A stretch of 64,000 nt of DNA. Source: Leucoraja ocellata (taxonomy: Eukaryota). Below the pieces are notes generated by a model. It searched no databases, was not told the DNA's origin, and saw nothing but the letters and a program-made list of their open reading frames with translations. Numbering within the stretch: position 1 is the stretch's first letter; each line of letters starts with the position of its first letter. A program made the translations under genes and the position numbers. The DNA lies in assembly GCA_036785375.1 (NCBI GenBank), contig JAWMAR010000044.1:5890001-5954000 (forward strand), read 5' to 3'. Shown here piece by piece: positions 61,491-64,000 of the stretch.

Positions 61491-62869
61491 TCCTTAGCTG
61501 AAGAAGGGTTCCAACCCAAATAGTCACCTATCCCTTTCCTCCAGAGATGCTGTCTGACCTGCTGAGTTACTCCAGCATTTTGTGACTATCTTCAGTATAA
61601 ACCAGCATCTGCAGTTCCTTTGTACACAAAATTCCTTCAAAACCCACCACCTCTACCAGCTTGAAGGATAAGGCCAGCAAAAGCATGGGGAACAAAACTA
61701 CAGGCAATAAAAAGGAGCTGCAGATGCTAGTTTAGTACATCAAAGATAGACACAACATGCTGGAGTAACTCAGCGGGTCAGGAAGCATCCCTGGAGAAAA
61801 TGGATAGGTGACGGTTTAGATCGGGACCCTTCTTCATATAGTCTGAGGAAGGTTCCCGATCCAAAACATCACCTATTCACGTTCTCCAGAGATGCTGCGT
61901 GATCCATTGAGTTACTTCAGCATTTTGTGACTACCACCTAGAAGATGCCCACCAAGACTCACTGAATTGGAAATAAATCCCTGTTCCTTCACCATCACTG
62001 GTCATGTCAAGAACCCTGCACTTACAAACTGAGAAATCAATGGCTCCAAAAACTGTTGACTCTGTATACTATCTCAGTGCACCTCTGCTGTATAATTGTA
62101 CTGTATCTGAGATGCTTACAGTATGTAAGAGTTCGTAAGCTCATGTCACAGGAGCAGAATTAGGTCATTCGGCCCATCAAGTCTACTCCCGCTATTCAAT
62201 CAAGGCTGATCTATCTTTCCCTCTCAATCCCATTCTCCTGACTTCGCCCCATAACCCTTGACACATGTACTAATCAATAATCTATCAATCTCCACCTTAA
62301 AGATATCCATCGTCTTGGCATCCACCGCCTTCTGTGGCAATGAATTCCACACATTCAACATCCTCTTGACTAAAGAAATTCCTCCTCATCTTCTTTCTAA
62401 AGGAATGCCCTTCAATTCTGAGGCTACGGCCACTGGCTCTGGACTCTCCCACTAGTGGAAACATCCTCTCCACGTCCACTTTGTCCAAGCCAAGTGGAGG
62501 ATAGTGTTAGTGTGCGGGGATCGCCGGCTGGTGTGGGACACAGTGGGCCGAAGGGCCTGTGTCCGCGCTGTATCTCTAAACTAAACTAAACTTCACTAAA
62601 CGAAACTAAAAGTATCTAAAAGTGCTTATGTGAAGTGATACTTGTACTGAACGGTATACAGCTATTCATGTTACGGTACGTCGGCACATGTGACAAATAC
62701 AGTAGCATTGAATCATTGAAGCACTGGGTCAAAATCCTGGAAGTCCCTCCCCAGTGGCGATGCGGGTGCAGCTCGCCTCAAGGCAATTCACCAGCACCCA
62801 TCATCTCAAGTGGTGTTATCCCCAATCATTTTATTCCGCGATCATAATCACAATACCCAGTGCTCTTTG

Positions 62870-63088
62870 TCTAAAACGCCCATATTAATAATCTCTGGTT
62901 GAAATCGATAACTGGGTAATCTATTTTAGCCAGACACGGACGGCGGTTCGGTGACAAATACTTTGGACCGAGAGGTCGGGCGCTTTGGTTAAAGTCTCTC
63001 CGAGCTTTCACGTGCTGCTGACACTGAAGGGGGAGAGAGAGAGAGAGAAGGGAGAACTGAAAGAGATCGCCAAAGTGCCATTGGAAGT
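62870..63088 (+). promoter_or_regulatory. Probable SLC13A3 proximal promoter / 5' UTR
   Basis: Non-repetitive, CpG-enriched sequence directly 5' of the ATG, with CACGTG E-box (63009-63014), a GA repeat and partial HNF4-like CAAAGT motifs. TSS not determinable. Confidence 0.45.
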
Positions 63089-63199
63089 ATGGTGAAGATC
63101 GGGGTATTCGCCAAGAAGGTTTGGAGCCTCCGTAAAACCATCGTGGTCTTCTTCACACCTGTGATACTTTCCCCTATTTTGGTCTTCGTAAGTCCCAAG
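63089..63199 (+). CDS. SLC13A3: Solute carrier family 13 member 3 (Na+/dicarboxylate cotransporter NaDC3), coding exon 1; gene continues beyond the window
   Basis: Hand translation MVKIGVFAKKVWSLRKTIVVFFTPVILSPILVFVSPK (37 aa) then AAG|GTAAAT donor. Aligns without gaps to recalled human MAALAAAAKKVWSARRLLVLLFTPLALLPVVFALPPK. Confidence 0.85.
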
Positions 63200-64000
63200 G
63201 TAAATATCACTCTGTAACTGCGGCTAGGGGCAAATTGGACGGCGTTTGACCCAGTCGTGTACAGCAATTGCTTTTAAAAAACATTTTGAAGCGATAAACT
63301 GAATCGATTTAACTTGTAATAACTTGAATAACATAATAATTCGTTGAGGATTCAGGGTCTAGATACTTGAGTCTTGATTAGGTGAGGATGAATTCTGTCC
63401 AACTGTCCCGAACTTCTGAAGAAGGGCCCGTCCCAACGCGAAACATCGTCTGTCCATCTTCTAAGATGGACATCTCCATGATCTACATTTACTCTCATCT
63501 ACATTTCACTCAAGTCCGTGTACATTGGAGAGCCGCGAATGTAGACACGCGGGTTGGATGGGACACGGGAGATTAACATCTTGAGACGAAAGCAAATTAG
63601 ACAGCATATGTGGAGGGAATGGGCAGACGAGATTTCGCGACGGGACCCTACTTCAGACAATAATAAGACTTTAATTAATAATTTTTGGGGGTACAGCCAG
63701 CGCTTGAATTGAAATGGTTGTCCAGGTTTTTGCTCGCCGGTTGCTGTCATGTTAGGAGCTCGCGTTTGTGCTCAGTGCAGCGGGACGTTGTTTAACATGT
63801 TCTTGCTAAATTGGGTCACTTCTAAAGTGGAAGTGACAGCTGTAATTTGGATGAGTCAGGAGTTGGGAGTCAGAGTGATACAGTGTGGAGACAGGCCCTC
63901 TGGCCAACATGTCCCAGCTACACTAGTCCCACCTGCCTGCCTGCCTTTGGTCCAAACCCCCCAAACTTGTCCCATCCATTGTACCTGTTTAACTGTTTCT

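Noticed and set aside
1-64000. CRISPR array or prokaryotic defence system
   Set aside because: The sequence is vertebrate with spliceosomal introns. The recurring short repeats are dispersed SINE and Penelope ends, not regularly spaced repeat-spacer arrays.

Overview
Eukaryotic, repeat-dense genomic DNA from a cartilaginous fish, most likely a skate or ray (inferred from the abundant HE1-type V-SINEs and CR1/HER1-like LINEs). Two host genes are visible. A complete 9-exon ACTR5 (ARP5, INO80 complex subunit) lies on the minus strand (CDS 46055->16236, 1779 nt, 592 aa, all GT-AG introns with consistent phases). The first coding exon of SLC13A3 (Na+/dicarboxylate cotransporter) lies on the plus strand (63089-63199), head-to-head with ACTR5. 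Most remaining ORFs are SINE/LINE/Penelope debris. Highlights: (1) a three-layer transposon nest starting ~65 bp upstream of the ACTR5 start codon, with a Penelope element inside a Rex1 LINE inside a probable LTR of a CsRn1-like Gypsy element. (2) Many Penelope-derived terminal repeats carry a minimal hammerhead-ribozyme motif and often occur as short TSD-flanked fold-back units. (3) A clean non-autonomous Helitron, Harbinger and Tc1/mariner MITEs, and a locally templated insertion. (4) Several repeat-free intronic blocks with enhancer-like motif content. Family names and human comparisons are recalled from memory, not from database searches, and repeat boundaries without TSDs are approximate.
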